Origin: an uncultured Rikenella sp.
GTDB lineage: Bacteria; Bacteroidota; Bacteroidia; Bacteroidales; VadinHA17
Assembly: GCA_964635655.1 (NCBI GenBank)
Contig: CAZWOC010000002.1
Span: 84,319 to 148,318 of the forward strand
Reading direction: 5' to 3'
Length of the DNA stretch: 64,000 nt
The translations under genes were made by a program, and so were the position numbers. The notes under the pieces were generated by a model. The model ran no database searches and had not been told where the DNA came from. It was given only the letters and a program-made list of their open reading frames with translations. Below are positions 20,093-30,240 of the stretch, in pieces (the first letter of the stretch is position 1; each line of letters opens with the position of its first letter).

Positions 20093-21466
20093 ATGATGAA
20101 AGAACACATTTTCAAGATTATCCTGCTGTGCATCGGTGCGGCAGTCCTGGCGGTGGCATGTAAGCCAAAGGCAACGGCAGTTACAGAGCCGCTGAAGACA
20201 TCGGTCGTTCATGCCGACTGGACCCGCAATATGGTCCTGTATGAGATCAACGTCAGGCAGTTCTCACAGGAAGGCACTTTTGCTGCAGTTGACAGCGCAC
20301 TGCCGAGGCTTAAGGAGCTTGGCGTCAACGTACTCTGGTTTATGCCAGTCTATCCTATCGGCGAGCTTAACCGCAAAGGCGAATTGGGAAGCTACTACTC
20401 CATTAAGGACTATAAGGGTATCAACCCCGAATTCGGTACCCTGGATGATTTTAAGGCACTTGTTGCAAGGGCCCATGATATGGGCTTCCATGTGATACTC
20501 GACTGGGTGGGAAACCACTCCTCCTGGGATAACCCGCTGGCAACCGAATTCCCTGAGTGGTATGCAAAGGACTCCGTTGGCAAATTTGTTTCACCGTTCG
20601 ACTGGACAGATGTGATACAATTCGACTACACTGCCGAGCCGCTGTGGGATTACATGGTTGGCGCAATGAAATACTGGGTTGAGGAGATTGGAGTGGATGG
20701 TTACCGATGCGACTTCCCGGGGTTGGTGCCGGAGGAGTTCTGGTTCAGGGCCACCACCGAACTCAACTCCATAAAGCCTGTTCTGATGCTCGCCGAGGAC
20801 GAGGAACATTCATACCTGCTCGAGAGGGCATTTGACATGAACTACGCATGGGCGCATCATCACCTGATGAACGCCGTGGCCGGAGGAGTACGTACTCCTG
20901 CAGCCCTTGACAGCATGATGCAGTACGAGCTCGGAAGATATGCCCCGGAATCATACAGGCTGCGGTTCATGACCAACCACGACGAGAACTCGTGGAACGG
21001 CACAATCGATGAAAAGATGGGCGATGCACAGAAGGCGTTTGCATGCTACCTGTTTACAGTGCCGGGGGTGCCTCTTATGTACAATGGCCAGGAAGCTGAT
21101 CTTGACAAGAGGCTCAAGTTCTTTGAAAGGGACCCGATTGAGTGGAAAGAGACAGAACTCACTCCTTTCTACACGAAGCTGGTACATCTCCGCACCTCCC
21201 ATCCTGCCCTGAGGCACGGCATTGAAGGCGGCTCCTATGATGTGCTTAAGACAAGCCAGAAGAATGTTGTTGCCTATAAAAGAGTCAAGGGAGAGAATGA
21301 GGTGCTGACTATACTCAACATGAGTGGCAAGGCTGTAACCGTTGCACTGAAAGACAACGCCACAAAAGGAACCTATGAGGATATTTTCACAGGTACAGCA
21401 GTAGAAATCGCCCAGGGCAAAGAGATGCAACTGGAGCCGTGGGGGTATCTCGTTCTCAAGAAGTAA
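20093..21466 (+). CDS. GH13 alpha-amylase family lipoprotein
   Basis: Lipobox AVAC; DWVGNH, GYRCD, LAED, NHDE catalytic regions. Confidence 0.9.
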   Translation: MMKEHIFKIILLCIGAAVLAVACKPKATAVTEPLKTSVVHADWTRNMVLYEINVRQFSQEGTFAAVDSALPRLKELGVNVLWFMPVYPIGELNRKGELGSYYSIKDYKGINPEFGTLDDFKALVARAHDMGFHVILDWVGNHSSWDNPLATEFPEWYAKDSVGKFVSPFDWTDVIQFDYTAEPLWDYMVGAMKYWVEEIGVDGYRCDFPGLVPEEFWFRATTELNSIKPVLMLAEDEEHSYLLERAFDMNYAWAHHHLMNAVAGGVRTPAALDSMMQYELGRYAPESYRLRFMTNHDENSWNGTIDEKMGDAQKAFACYLFTVPGVPLMYNGQEADLDKRLKFFERDPIEWKETELTPFYTKLVHLRTSHPALRHGIEGGSYDVLKTSQKNVVAYKRVKGENEVLTILNMSGKAVTVALKDNATKGTYEDIFTGTAVEIAQGKEMQLEPWGYLVLKK

Positions 21467-21486
21467 GAGTTTGATTTTTCCCAGGT

Positions 21487-21519
21487 AAGCCCGCAGTTGA
21501 AAAGACTGCGGGTTTTTTT
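21487..21519 (+). terminator. Intrinsic terminator of the maltose operon
   Basis: AAGCCCGCAGT-TGAAAAG-ACTGCGGGTTT followed by a T-run. Confidence 0.8.
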
Positions 21520-21622
21520 CATCAGTAAATCAAAGAGCATCTCCTGTTTTTGTTGATCATTTTTCTTATTTTAGCTGCTGCTGTTTCTAAAAAAGTCATC
21601 CGGCAATACAAAACCCGTAGCT

Positions 21623-23485
21623 ATGAAAAGATTACTTTCCATGCTTTTGTTGGTGCTTGTAACCATTTGTTGTGTTTTTGGTCAGAAGCAACCCTTTACA
21701 TATGGCAAGGTCCCTTTGGAAGACCTTAAAATGACATCCTACGATCCGGACACAACCGCACCGGCAGTAGTGCTGTGTGACTATGGCTGGTTTGACAAGG
21801 ATCGGTTTAACTTTACCAGGCTACTGAGAATCAAGATACTGCGTAAAGAAGGATTTCAATATGCCGACGGGAAATACATTACCATGTCAAACCCAAGTAT
21901 CCGCGCCATGACATATAACCTGGACGGTGAAGAGATTTCCAGGGAGAAATTGCCGGGTTCTTCAATCTACAGTAAAATGCTTACTTCCGGCATCTATGAA
22001 ACATCATTTGCAATGCCGAATGTTGCCGTTGGTTCCGTAATTGAGATGGAGTTCAGGTATTCGGGACTACCTTATAAATGGAGTTTCCAGTGGAGGATTC
22101 CTGTCAGACACAGTGAACTCATCATACCGGAGTCAGAATACATGGTCTTTTCAAAGAATTTTTTCGGATACGTACCTCTTTCCGTCTATGAAGATGACCG
22201 GTGGGTGGCCACTGATGTTCCGGCTTTTAAACCGGAACCATTTATTGACTCCCCTGAAAACTATATGACAAAATTTGAGATAGAGGTCCAGAAAATCAGT
22301 TATCTCGGATATATTCAATCATTCAACACCTCCTGGGAAAGCATTAATGGCATCCTTCTTACAAACACCTCGTTTCCTGCTGAATCTGTGGGATCCCTTT
22401 GCCTGTCAACCATGGTCCGGGAGTTGGAGGAATCAGGGTTAAAGGACGAAAGTCTGCTAAGGGCTGCCTTTGAAAAAGTCAAAAAAATAAAATATAACGG
22501 TGAAGACAGGTTATATACATCTGACGGCGGTTTATGCAATAAACTGAAAGTGGGCACCGGCAACTCAGCAGACGTCAACATGATTTTGATACAGGTTCTT
22601 AACCGGCTTGGTTTTAAAACTTACCCCGTTGTTCTCAGCACCCGTGACAATGGTGTCATATCTCAGATTACTCCATCACTGAATAAACTGAATTATGTTA
22701 TTGTGGCCATACCCGGAAAAAGCGGACTGAGGCTTCTGGATGCCACTGAAGAATATATGCCGTGTACCATTCTTCCGGACAGATGCATCAACGGGAACGG
22801 GCGACTCGTGAATACCCAGATATCTCAATGGGTGCCACTGATCGTGGACGGGAAAGAAGATAAAACAGTGTCCTATGACCTGAAATTTGAAGATGACGGT
22901 AAGCTTTCCGGTACAATCACAGTTGACGCGCTTGACTATGCAGCGTATGATCTTCGGAAAGCCTTTGCCGGATTCAATAATAAAGAAGAGTACTCCAAAT
23001 CAATTGAAAAAGCCAATCCCGGAATCACAATTACGGAGATTTCCGTCACCGGCCTGGAAGACCTCTATGCTCCGCTGCAGATAGTGTACAAGGCGGAACT
23101 TGACGGGGCTACAGCACTGACAGATAATGAGATATACTTAAAACCCATGCTCTATGAAGCGATAACCGAAAATCCGTTCGTTGTTACAGAGAGACGCTAT
23201 CCGATAAGCTATTCCAGGAAGATCAAACACCAGGTAAATTTACGACTGACTCTTAAAGAAGGGATGACACCGGAAGTTCTTCCGGCTGCTTCTGCCGGAA
23301 AAATGAAGAACGGGGCAGTGGACTATAATTATGAGGTAAAAGCAGGAAGTGATCTTGTTGAGATGCACTTTGGCCTTAATATCAACAGCCTTACCATCAC
23401 GCAGGATAAATACGGGGAACTGAGAGAAATTTACAACACGATAGTGAGAAAACATTCAGAACCCATTATCATTAAGACTCTATGA
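21623..23485 (+). CDS. DUF3857 + transglutaminase-like domain protein (catalytic Cys absent)
   Basis: Signal peptide, DTTAPAVVLCD, AMPNVAVGSVIE, STRDNG, LLDAT; GNS in place of GDC and NY in place of NH. Confidence 0.82.
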   Translation: MKRLLSMLLLVLVTICCVFGQKQPFTYGKVPLEDLKMTSYDPDTTAPAVVLCDYGWFDKDRFNFTRLLRIKILRKEGFQYADGKYITMSNPSIRAMTYNLDGEEISREKLPGSSIYSKMLTSGIYETSFAMPNVAVGSVIEMEFRYSGLPYKWSFQWRIPVRHSELIIPESEYMVFSKNFFGYVPLSVYEDDRWVATDVPAFKPEPFIDSPENYMTKFEIEVQKISYLGYIQSFNTSWESINGILLTNTSFPAESVGSLCLSTMVRELEESGLKDESLLRAAFEKVKKIKYNGEDRLYTSDGGLCNKLKVGTGNSADVNMILIQVLNRLGFKTYPVVLSTRDNGVISQITPSLNKLNYVIVAIPGKSGLRLLDATEEYMPCTILPDRCINGNGRLVNTQISQWVPLIVDGKEDKTVSYDLKFEDDGKLSGTITVDALDYAAYDLRKAFAGFNNKEEYSKSIEKANPGITITEISVTGLEDLYAPLQIVYKAELDGATALTDNEIYLKPMLYEAITENPFVVTERRYPISYSRKIKHQVNLRLTLKEGMTPEVLPAASAGKMKNGAVDYNYEVKAGSDLVEMHFGLNINSLTITQDKYGELREIYNTIVRKHSEPIIIKTL

Positions 23486-25395
23486 ATCTTTTCAAAGAAA
23501 CAGCCATTGGTGTTTTGCTCATCCTCATAACACTTTCAGAACCCATTTACTGTCAGTCCCCAAACAGTATCCAGAGTATTGATCCCGCATTGACAGAGAA
23601 TGCAAAAGCTGTGATCAGGTTTTCCGATACAAAACTTGAAATATCTTCTCCCGGGGCAGCTTCTGTCAAGGTGACAAAAGTCGTAAGTGTCCTGAATGAA
23701 CCAGGCAGGCAGGAATCGGTATACTTTGGCATTGATGACAAATTCGTGACATACCGGTTCAATAAGCTGACCATTTACGACAAAGACGGGAAAAAAGTGA
23801 AAAACTTTGGGATATTGGATCTTAAACCTATGATAACCTTTGCCGGTAGCACATTATACAGTGATGTACATTACATGTATCTGGACCCCGGTTACCGGAC
23901 TTACCCCTTTACAGCTGAAATATCATATACAATTGATTTAAAGGGATTCTTCTTCCTGCCGGACTGGATCATTGCCGAAGATTATAATATCAGTACTGAA
24001 AAAGCCGCGCTAACCGTGACTGCACCTGCCGGTTATAAACTAAGATACCTTGAGCAGAACATGCCTGTCAGAGCAACTGTACGGGAGGATAAAGGACTAG
24101 AAGTCTACGAATGGACTGTTGAAAAATTCAAAGCCAGGGAAAAGGAACCATATTCACTGAACATCGGACAGGAAAGCCCTGCCGTATTTCTTGCACCCCG
24201 GAATTTTGAAATCGGAGGTTGGAAAGGCAGTTCAGACACGTGGGCCAGTTATGGCAGGTTTATTTCTGACCTTAACCAGGGCAGAAATATACTTCCGGCC
24301 GAAATTACCTCAAAAGTTCTGGAGATAGCCTCTCAGTATCCGGACACTACGGAAGTTGTCAGAAGGCTCTATTCAATTATGCAGGAAAAGACAAGATATG
24401 TAAGTGTACAGATAGGCATAGGCGGATGGCAGCCTATTGAAGCTATTGAGGTGGAGCAGAAGTCATACGGCGATTGCAAGGCGCTTTCAAATTACATGAA
24501 ATCATTGCTTGATGTTGCAGGAATAAAGTCCTACTATGCAATTATCAGAGCCGGAGAGGATGCTCCGGGGGTACTTTATGATTTCCCGTCAAACCAGTTC
24601 AATCATGCAATTCTTTGCGTACCACGAGGGGCTGATACAATATGGCTGGAATGCACCAGCCAGAGGATCCCGTTCAACTACCTGGGATCATTTACAGATG
24701 ACAGATACGCCTTGCTCATAACAGAAAAAGGCGGTCAGCTGGTGAGGACCCCGAAATACAGAGAGACAGAAAATATGCTGATGCGCAAAGCGGTTGCCAC
24801 CATTGGTAAAAACGGAGATGGGAATGCGCATGTCAGGACAATACATTCATCCTTCTTCTATGACAGGATGATGCCGGTACTCATGAGTGACCTTGAAGAT
24901 CAGAAAAGGATTCTGTCAGAGTCAATTCCGGTACCGGGAATGACCCTGTTAAATTTTGAAGTCAGTCAACCTGACAAAACGATTCCGGCTATATGTGAGG
25001 AGTTTGACATCTCAATCAAAGGCTATGCCCCGGTGATGAGTGACAGGATAATACTTCCGCTTAACCTGATGAACAGGACGCCTAAACTTGCTGCACCAAA
25101 CACTGAGAGAAAATCTGAGGTTCTTCTGAGACGGGAACAGGTTACAATAGATACAGTAGTTTATAAACTGCCTGCAGGATATTCAATATCATCAACCTTT
25201 TCTCCGGTCAGTATTGAATCACCCTTCGGAACCTATTCCACCTCCATTGATGTCACTGAAGATGAGGTTATTTATGTAAGAAAACAGACTACCGGATACG
25301 GCAGATTTTTGCCATCGGATTATGGTGCTCTGGTTGAATACAACAACAAGGTGGCAACTGCGGATCTGGCTTTTATCGTTCTCAGGCGTATCTGA
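23482..25395 (+). CDS. DUF3857 + transglutaminase-like domain protein (Cys/His intact)
   Basis: TRYVSVQIGIGGWQP, YGDCKALSNY, FNHAILC, WLECTS; ATGA overlap with the preceding gene. Confidence 0.85.
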   Translation: MNLFKETAIGVLLILITLSEPIYCQSPNSIQSIDPALTENAKAVIRFSDTKLEISSPGAASVKVTKVVSVLNEPGRQESVYFGIDDKFVTYRFNKLTIYDKDGKKVKNFGILDLKPMITFAGSTLYSDVHYMYLDPGYRTYPFTAEISYTIDLKGFFFLPDWIIAEDYNISTEKAALTVTAPAGYKLRYLEQNMPVRATVREDKGLEVYEWTVEKFKAREKEPYSLNIGQESPAVFLAPRNFEIGGWKGSSDTWASYGRFISDLNQGRNILPAEITSKVLEIASQYPDTTEVVRRLYSIMQEKTRYVSVQIGIGGWQPIEAIEVEQKSYGDCKALSNYMKSLLDVAGIKSYYAIIRAGEDAPGVLYDFPSNQFNHAILCVPRGADTIWLECTSQRIPFNYLGSFTDDRYALLITEKGGQLVRTPKYRETENMLMRKAVATIGKNGDGNAHVRTIHSSFFYDRMMPVLMSDLEDQKRILSESIPVPGMTLLNFEVSQPDKTIPAICEEFDISIKGYAPVMSDRIILPLNLMNRTPKLAAPNTERKSEVLLRREQVTIDTVVYKLPAGYSISSTFSPVSIESPFGTYSTSIDVTEDEVIYVRKQTTGYGRFLPSDYGALVEYNNKVATADLAFIVLRRI

Positions 25396-25438
25396 CAGGC
25401 AGAATGTTTCCCAACTGTGCATTAACTGCCTTACATGC

Positions 25439-28270
25439 CTACAATCTGACTACCTTCTTTACTGAAGACAACCTTCCCGATGTTACCCTTACATAATATA
25501 TTCCCTTCGGCAGATCATCACCTTCCAGCACAACCATATTCATGCCCGCAGGAATTGCCATAGCCCGTATCAATGCACCGGAGGCAGAGAAAAGCTCCAG
25601 GGTATGTGCCCTTGCACCCCCCTCCTCACTGAGCAACACACTGACACGGTCAGTGAAAGGATTCGGATAAATCTCAAACAATCCTGCCTCATCATCATCC
25701 GAAACAGGTTGCTCTATACCCAGCAGAAATGAGGGTCTGGCAACCTGTTTTGAGGTGTATAGACGATACTCCCCCGGCACCAGTGAAATGGGTGCGGTCT
25801 GGTTGCCGGCATAAACATCAAGCGCTGTCCCCCTGAAAAACTCGTACCATGTTCCGGTACGGGTGAAATTGGGTGTAATGTCACGCGGATAGATGTCAAA
25901 ATTGCCCAGCACAACCACATCCATGTCAGAATGTTGTATGTTCAGTCTTTTAATTTCACCCGACTCGTAAATACTGAAGTTGTCGGACGAGAATGCCGGC
26001 TGGCTCTTCTTCAGTTCCGCCAGGGCAGAGAAATTGTCATAAAGGTTCTTCCTTCCGGCCTCAGTATAATAATCCCACCGTATCGGCTTTGGCCCCAGCG
26101 GATCATTGTTGTAGTTTTTAGCATAATCGTATCCCAGCTCCTGAAACTGCCAAAGCATCTTCGGGCCCGGAATAGTCATGAAGAAGGTTGCAGTGAGTTT
26201 GATACGCTTCAGGGCTGTCGCCGGATCTTTGATGTCGTACCCACCTATCCCATCTCCTTCAGTCTTGTTCATGTACATGATCCTTTCCTCGTCATGGCTT
26301 TCCATGTAGTCAACTATACCAGGCACAGTCCAGCCGCGATTGACCCACGAAGCATCTCCGGCAATCATCATGTTCTTGTCACTCTGACTTGTGGATGCTC
26401 TCTGGTATCTGTATTTGGCATTCCCCCAGAGCAGGAACCCGTTCGACGCCAGTTCCTTCTCCTCATCATTGTAGCAGAAGTGTTCGAGTATAAGAATGGC
26501 GCCAGGGCTGTATGACCATATCTTATCCCCTATCCTCTTAAGTATGGCAATTCTTGAGGCATCATAGGCTGAGACAGTCCCATCACTGTTGCTTAACTTG
26601 TTTGTAAAGCCCTTTGTGAAGTCGAAGCGGAAACCGTCGAACCTGAATTCGTCAATCCAGTAATGGCAGACACTGTCGACGAAAGCCTGTGTATAGGCAC
26701 TTTCATGATTGAAATCGGATCCTCCGAAACTGTAATGATGAGGGGTGGTGACATTGAACCACGGGTTGTTGAAGGCGGGTTTGTTGTCTGTGCTGTTCCA
26801 ATAGAGCCTGACAAGGGGGTTTGAGTTATATGAATGGTTGAGCACAACGTCCATTATTACAGCTATACCCCGGCTGTGGCATGAGTCTATCAGTTCCTTC
26901 AGGTCATTTGCTGTGCCGTAATACTTGTCGACAGCAAAATACATCGACGGATTGTAACCCCAGCTGCTGTTGCCCTCGAACTCATTCACAGGCATCAGCT
27001 CTATTGCATTTATTCCAAGCCTGCTGAAATAATCCAGTGTGTCACGTATTGTTTTGAAGTCATGCTTCTCAACAAAATCACGCACAAGCAACTCATAGAT
27101 TATCAGCGTATCCGGAGCGGGGGCTTCAAAACTGTTGTTTTTCCAGTTGTATGCATCCGGCCTTGTCCGGAAGACCGACACAAGATTGTCGGTAAATCCC
27201 TCGGGATAAGGCATGAGGCCAGGGTAAGTTGTTTCGTCGATATACTTGTCGTTCCACGGGTCAAGCACTTTGGATGTATAGGGATCCGGTATCCTGATGG
27301 TTTCGTCAACCAGGTACTGGAAACCGTATTCCTTTGCCGGGTCAAGCCCTGTGACCTCGAGCCAGTACCATTCCCCGTCAGGGCTTCTCTTCATGAAACC
27401 CTCACTGCTGTATGTCCAGCTGTTGAAATCACCCATTACAAATACGCCTGACTTATACGGAGCATAAAGAAGAAAGGCAGCCGAGTTGTCTCCTGTGATG
27501 TTGACTCCGGGCTTCAGTCCGGCGGGTACCGGCTCGGTGACGGTAGCTGTGCGAATGAAATAATAGGCGGAATCAGCCTTCATTATGTTATTGTTCCAGA
27601 CCCTGACCAGCAGCTTGAAGTTGCCTGAACCGGCTGCAGTGATTGTATGGCTGAGCGTTGTGGTTGTCACCTTTTTCAGCTGTGTGCCGTTCTGGTAAAG
27701 GATGATTGAGTCACAAACGGATGCAGATGCTTCAACAGGTATTGTCTCTCCTGCATTGACAAGTGAAGTATAGGCGGAGGGCTGTGAAAGAAGAATTTCA
27801 AAGCCGGCCTCCTCGCTCACATTGTAGAAAATGTCTCCTCCGCCAGCATCACGGCCTGTACGCGATGCATTTCCGTTACGGAATACAAAGGCCATTTGCT
27901 GAATTGTCTCCGATTCCGGGACACCGTAAAAGGCCCGTATTGACGGACTGATCGTCAGAGTATAGGTATTTGAACCCACACGTGTCAGCTTTACCTTGTC
28001 AGGAGGAGGAGTGGTTGTGCTCCAGGTGCCTGAAACGACATACTTCCAGTTTGACGGGCCGGTGCTGAGATTTGTTATCACCCCTGTATGGGCATAAACG
28101 TCATCGCCGGAGTAATCTTTCAACCCCATGTCACCCATATCGGCGTGGAAAGTTATTACCACGGGACCTGAAGCCACCGGGAAGACCGGGTCGGCAGTCA
28201 CCACCTGTGCCGGGGCAGCCAGGCTCCACCCTGTAATTATCATTATAAGTACCGGAAGTTTTGTTCTCAT
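25439..28270 (-). CDS. Secreted multidomain GH13 alpha-amylase/pullulanase-type enzyme with T9SS type A CTD
   Basis: CBM48-like region, IYELLVRDF, WGYNP, GFRFDFTKGF, ESHDEE; C-terminal IYPNP...KGIYYVRV...KKVVRL. Confidence 0.9.
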   Translation of the reverse strand: MRTKLPVLIMIITGWSLAAPAQVVTADPVFPVASGPVVITFHADMGDMGLKDYSGDDVYAHTGVITNLSTGPSNWKYVVSGTWSTTTPPPDKVKLTRVGSNTYTLTISPSIRAFYGVPESETIQQMAFVFRNGNASRTGRDAGGGDIFYNVSEEAGFEILLSQPSAYTSLVNAGETIPVEASASVCDSIILYQNGTQLKKVTTTTLSHTITAAGSGNFKLLVRVWNNNIMKADSAYYFIRTATVTEPVPAGLKPGVNITGDNSAAFLLYAPYKSGVFVMGDFNSWTYSSEGFMKRSPDGEWYWLEVTGLDPAKEYGFQYLVDETIRIPDPYTSKVLDPWNDKYIDETTYPGLMPYPEGFTDNLVSVFRTRPDAYNWKNNSFEAPAPDTLIIYELLVRDFVEKHDFKTIRDTLDYFSRLGINAIELMPVNEFEGNSSWGYNPSMYFAVDKYYGTANDLKELIDSCHSRGIAVIMDVVLNHSYNSNPLVRLYWNSTDNKPAFNNPWFNVTTPHHYSFGGSDFNHESAYTQAFVDSVCHYWIDEFRFDGFRFDFTKGFTNKLSNSDGTVSAYDASRIAILKRIGDKIWSYSPGAILILEHFCYNDEEKELASNGFLLWGNAKYRYQRASTSQSDKNMMIAGDASWVNRGWTVPGIVDYMESHDEERIMYMNKTEGDGIGGYDIKDPATALKRIKLTATFFMTIPGPKMLWQFQELGYDYAKNYNNDPLGPKPIRWDYYTEAGRKNLYDNFSALAELKKSQPAFSSDNFSIYESGEIKRLNIQHSDMDVVVLGNFDIYPRDITPNFTRTGTWYEFFRGTALDVYAGNQTAPISLVPGEYRLYTSKQVARPSFLLGIEQPVSDDDEAGLFEIYPNPFTDRVSVLLSEEGGARAHTLELFSASGALIRAMAIPAGMNMVVLEGDDLPKGIYYVRVTSGRLSSVKKVVRL

Positions 28271-28305
28271 TGGTTCCTGCTGATTTTAAGACAGTTTCTA
28301 AAAAT

Positions 28306-28345
28306 AATCAAAAACCTCTTCCTGTCACAGAAGAGGTTTTTGATT
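28306..28345. terminator. Strong hairpin/terminator between susF and the secreted GH13
   Basis: Perfect 15-bp inverted repeat AATCAAAAACCTCTT / AAGAGGTTTTTGATT. Confidence 0.75.
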
Positions 28346-28393
28346 TCAATGAACGCTGCGGTAATTAACCGCAACATTGGGAGCTATTCCGCT

Positions 28394-30214
28394 TTAGTTT
28401 TTGGTCATTGTTGCAACCCTCGTCCAGGGATTAAGCGTAATTGTGTAATTGCCTGCTTCGGCAACGGCAATGTCGGCTCCACCGTTCGTAAGAGCATCCA
28501 GGCTGCCTCCGAAGTTGTAGCCCCAGTCGTCATTGGCTCTGAACTTAATATTAGCTGCAGTCAGGTCGAGTGTAACCGTGAAGCAGCCATTTGCTGCATC
28601 CCAGGTCATGTTTGTGTCGTCTGACCATCCTCCCGGAGTTGCATTACCGATTACACCCCAGCGGTCAGCCCGGTAGGTATATTCATTCGGGTGACTGAGG
28701 TCAAGGGTTATTGCATAATCGTCAGTCACTGAAATTCCAATATTCGGACCGTCAAGTGACAGTGAGTTGCTTCCGGCAGCAGCGCCATAGTTGACTGACC
28801 AGCTGTCTGTGCCCCTGAACTTGATTTCACCGCCGCTTGTAAGTGGGGCGCCGAGCCAGAAGACCTTGAGTGACTCACTGTAGTTCATGTTGGTCTGGCT
28901 TCCCCATCCTCCCGGAGTTGCATTGCCAATAATTCCCCATACTGTAGGTGTCACAGAGTAGGTCATTGTGGCAAGATTGGCCTTGATGAACAGGTATCCT
29001 TCCGGAGCAGTAATGTCACTGCCGGGGTTTGTTAGTGCTCCTGCACCATTATCACCAAATGTGTGTGCATTGTCCCAGCTATGGTCTGTTGTAAGCTTGA
29101 ATGCGCCTGCAGCAGGGAAGTAAACATAACCCTGTGCCTCGGGATTGGTTTCCGTTGAAATTATGAACTCAGCCGCATCACTGTTATTCCATCCGTTGTA
29201 GCTACCAACTACCCAGAATTTGGTTATGTCAGCAAGTGTTTTGAACGTGAGTTCATCGCCATAGGCTGTCCCTGCACTGTTGGTTGCAAATGCCCTTACA
29301 TGATAACTTGTATTGACTGTAAGGCCTGTCAGGTTGCTGGTGAATGCTCCGGTTCCTGTTCCGCCGGGAATCACATTGTCAGTAAGATCAGGGGCAGCAT
29401 CAAGGCTCCAGACAAGACCTTTGGCCGTGATTGTGGCGCCTCCGTCATATGTGGCATTTCCGCCTGACACTGCTGAGATCTTGGTTATCGCAGTTACAGC
29501 GGTAGTTGTGACCTTCGGAAGATCTACAAGAGTCTTGAATGAAACAGTCGGACCGTAACCTGTGCCTGCACTGTTTGTTGCATAGGCACGGACGAAATAT
29601 GTCTTGTTGCCCTGCAGCTCAGTCATTGCAGAGGTGAAATCGCCAAGCCCGTCACCGTTGGTGGTCTTGCTGTTCGCCACAGTAGGCGGATCAACAAGGC
29701 TCCAGCATATGCCACGGGCTGTCACATCAGCTCCTCCGGTGGCAGTAACACTGCCGCCGCCTGAAGCTGAATTGCCTGTAATGGATGCTGTGGGCACTGC
29801 CAGGGTGGTGACTGTCGGTACAACAGGCAATGTAGTAAAGGAGAGTGCTTCACCGTATACTGTCCCGGCCGGCCCTGTCGCATAGGCACGGGCATGATAG
29901 GCCTGTGCAAAGGCAAGTCCGCTGAGAGGCACATTAAATGTGGCCGTCGTGGATGTACCGGTAAATATTGTCTTGGATTTTGCTATTGTGGGATTGGGCT
30001 CAACATCATAGCAAACGCCCTTCTCAGTAAATCCGTCACCTTCAGCCACCACAAAACCTACAACAGTGGCTGAATTGGATGTTATGTTAAAGACTTTTGT
30101 CGTCCCGAGCTTTGGATCGAGTCTGACTTCGGATGTCTCCTTGGTACAGGCAGCGAGCAAAATCGCCACCGCAACAGGGAGCATCATAATTCTGAATATT
30201 GATCTCGTTTTCAT
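28394..30214 (-). CDS. susF: SusF-like starch-binding lipoprotein with three N-terminal FN3-like repeats
   Basis: Lipobox LAAC; three ~100-aa repeats (GxCW/Y...Y-x-RA(Y/F)A...GTxYG); C-terminal SusF/SusE CBM motifs (WGIIGNATPGGW, KFRANDDW). Confidence 0.75.
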   Translation of the reverse strand: MKTRSIFRIMMLPVAVAILLAACTKETSEVRLDPKLGTTKVFNITSNSATVVGFVVAEGDGFTEKGVCYDVEPNPTIAKSKTIFTGTSTTATFNVPLSGLAFAQAYHARAYATGPAGTVYGEALSFTTLPVVPTVTTLAVPTASITGNSASGGGSVTATGGADVTARGICWSLVDPPTVANSKTTNGDGLGDFTSAMTELQGNKTYFVRAYATNSAGTGYGPTVSFKTLVDLPKVTTTAVTAITKISAVSGGNATYDGGATITAKGLVWSLDAAPDLTDNVIPGGTGTGAFTSNLTGLTVNTSYHVRAFATNSAGTAYGDELTFKTLADITKFWVVGSYNGWNNSDAAEFIISTETNPEAQGYVYFPAAGAFKLTTDHSWDNAHTFGDNGAGALTNPGSDITAPEGYLFIKANLATMTYSVTPTVWGIIGNATPGGWGSQTNMNYSESLKVFWLGAPLTSGGEIKFRGTDSWSVNYGAAAGSNSLSLDGPNIGISVTDDYAITLDLSHPNEYTYRADRWGVIGNATPGGWSDDTNMTWDAANGCFTVTLDLTAANIKFRANDDWGYNFGGSLDALTNGGADIAVAEAGNYTITLNPWTRVATMTKN

Positions 30215-30240
30215 TAATCTTTCTGTTTTTTGTCCCGGTA

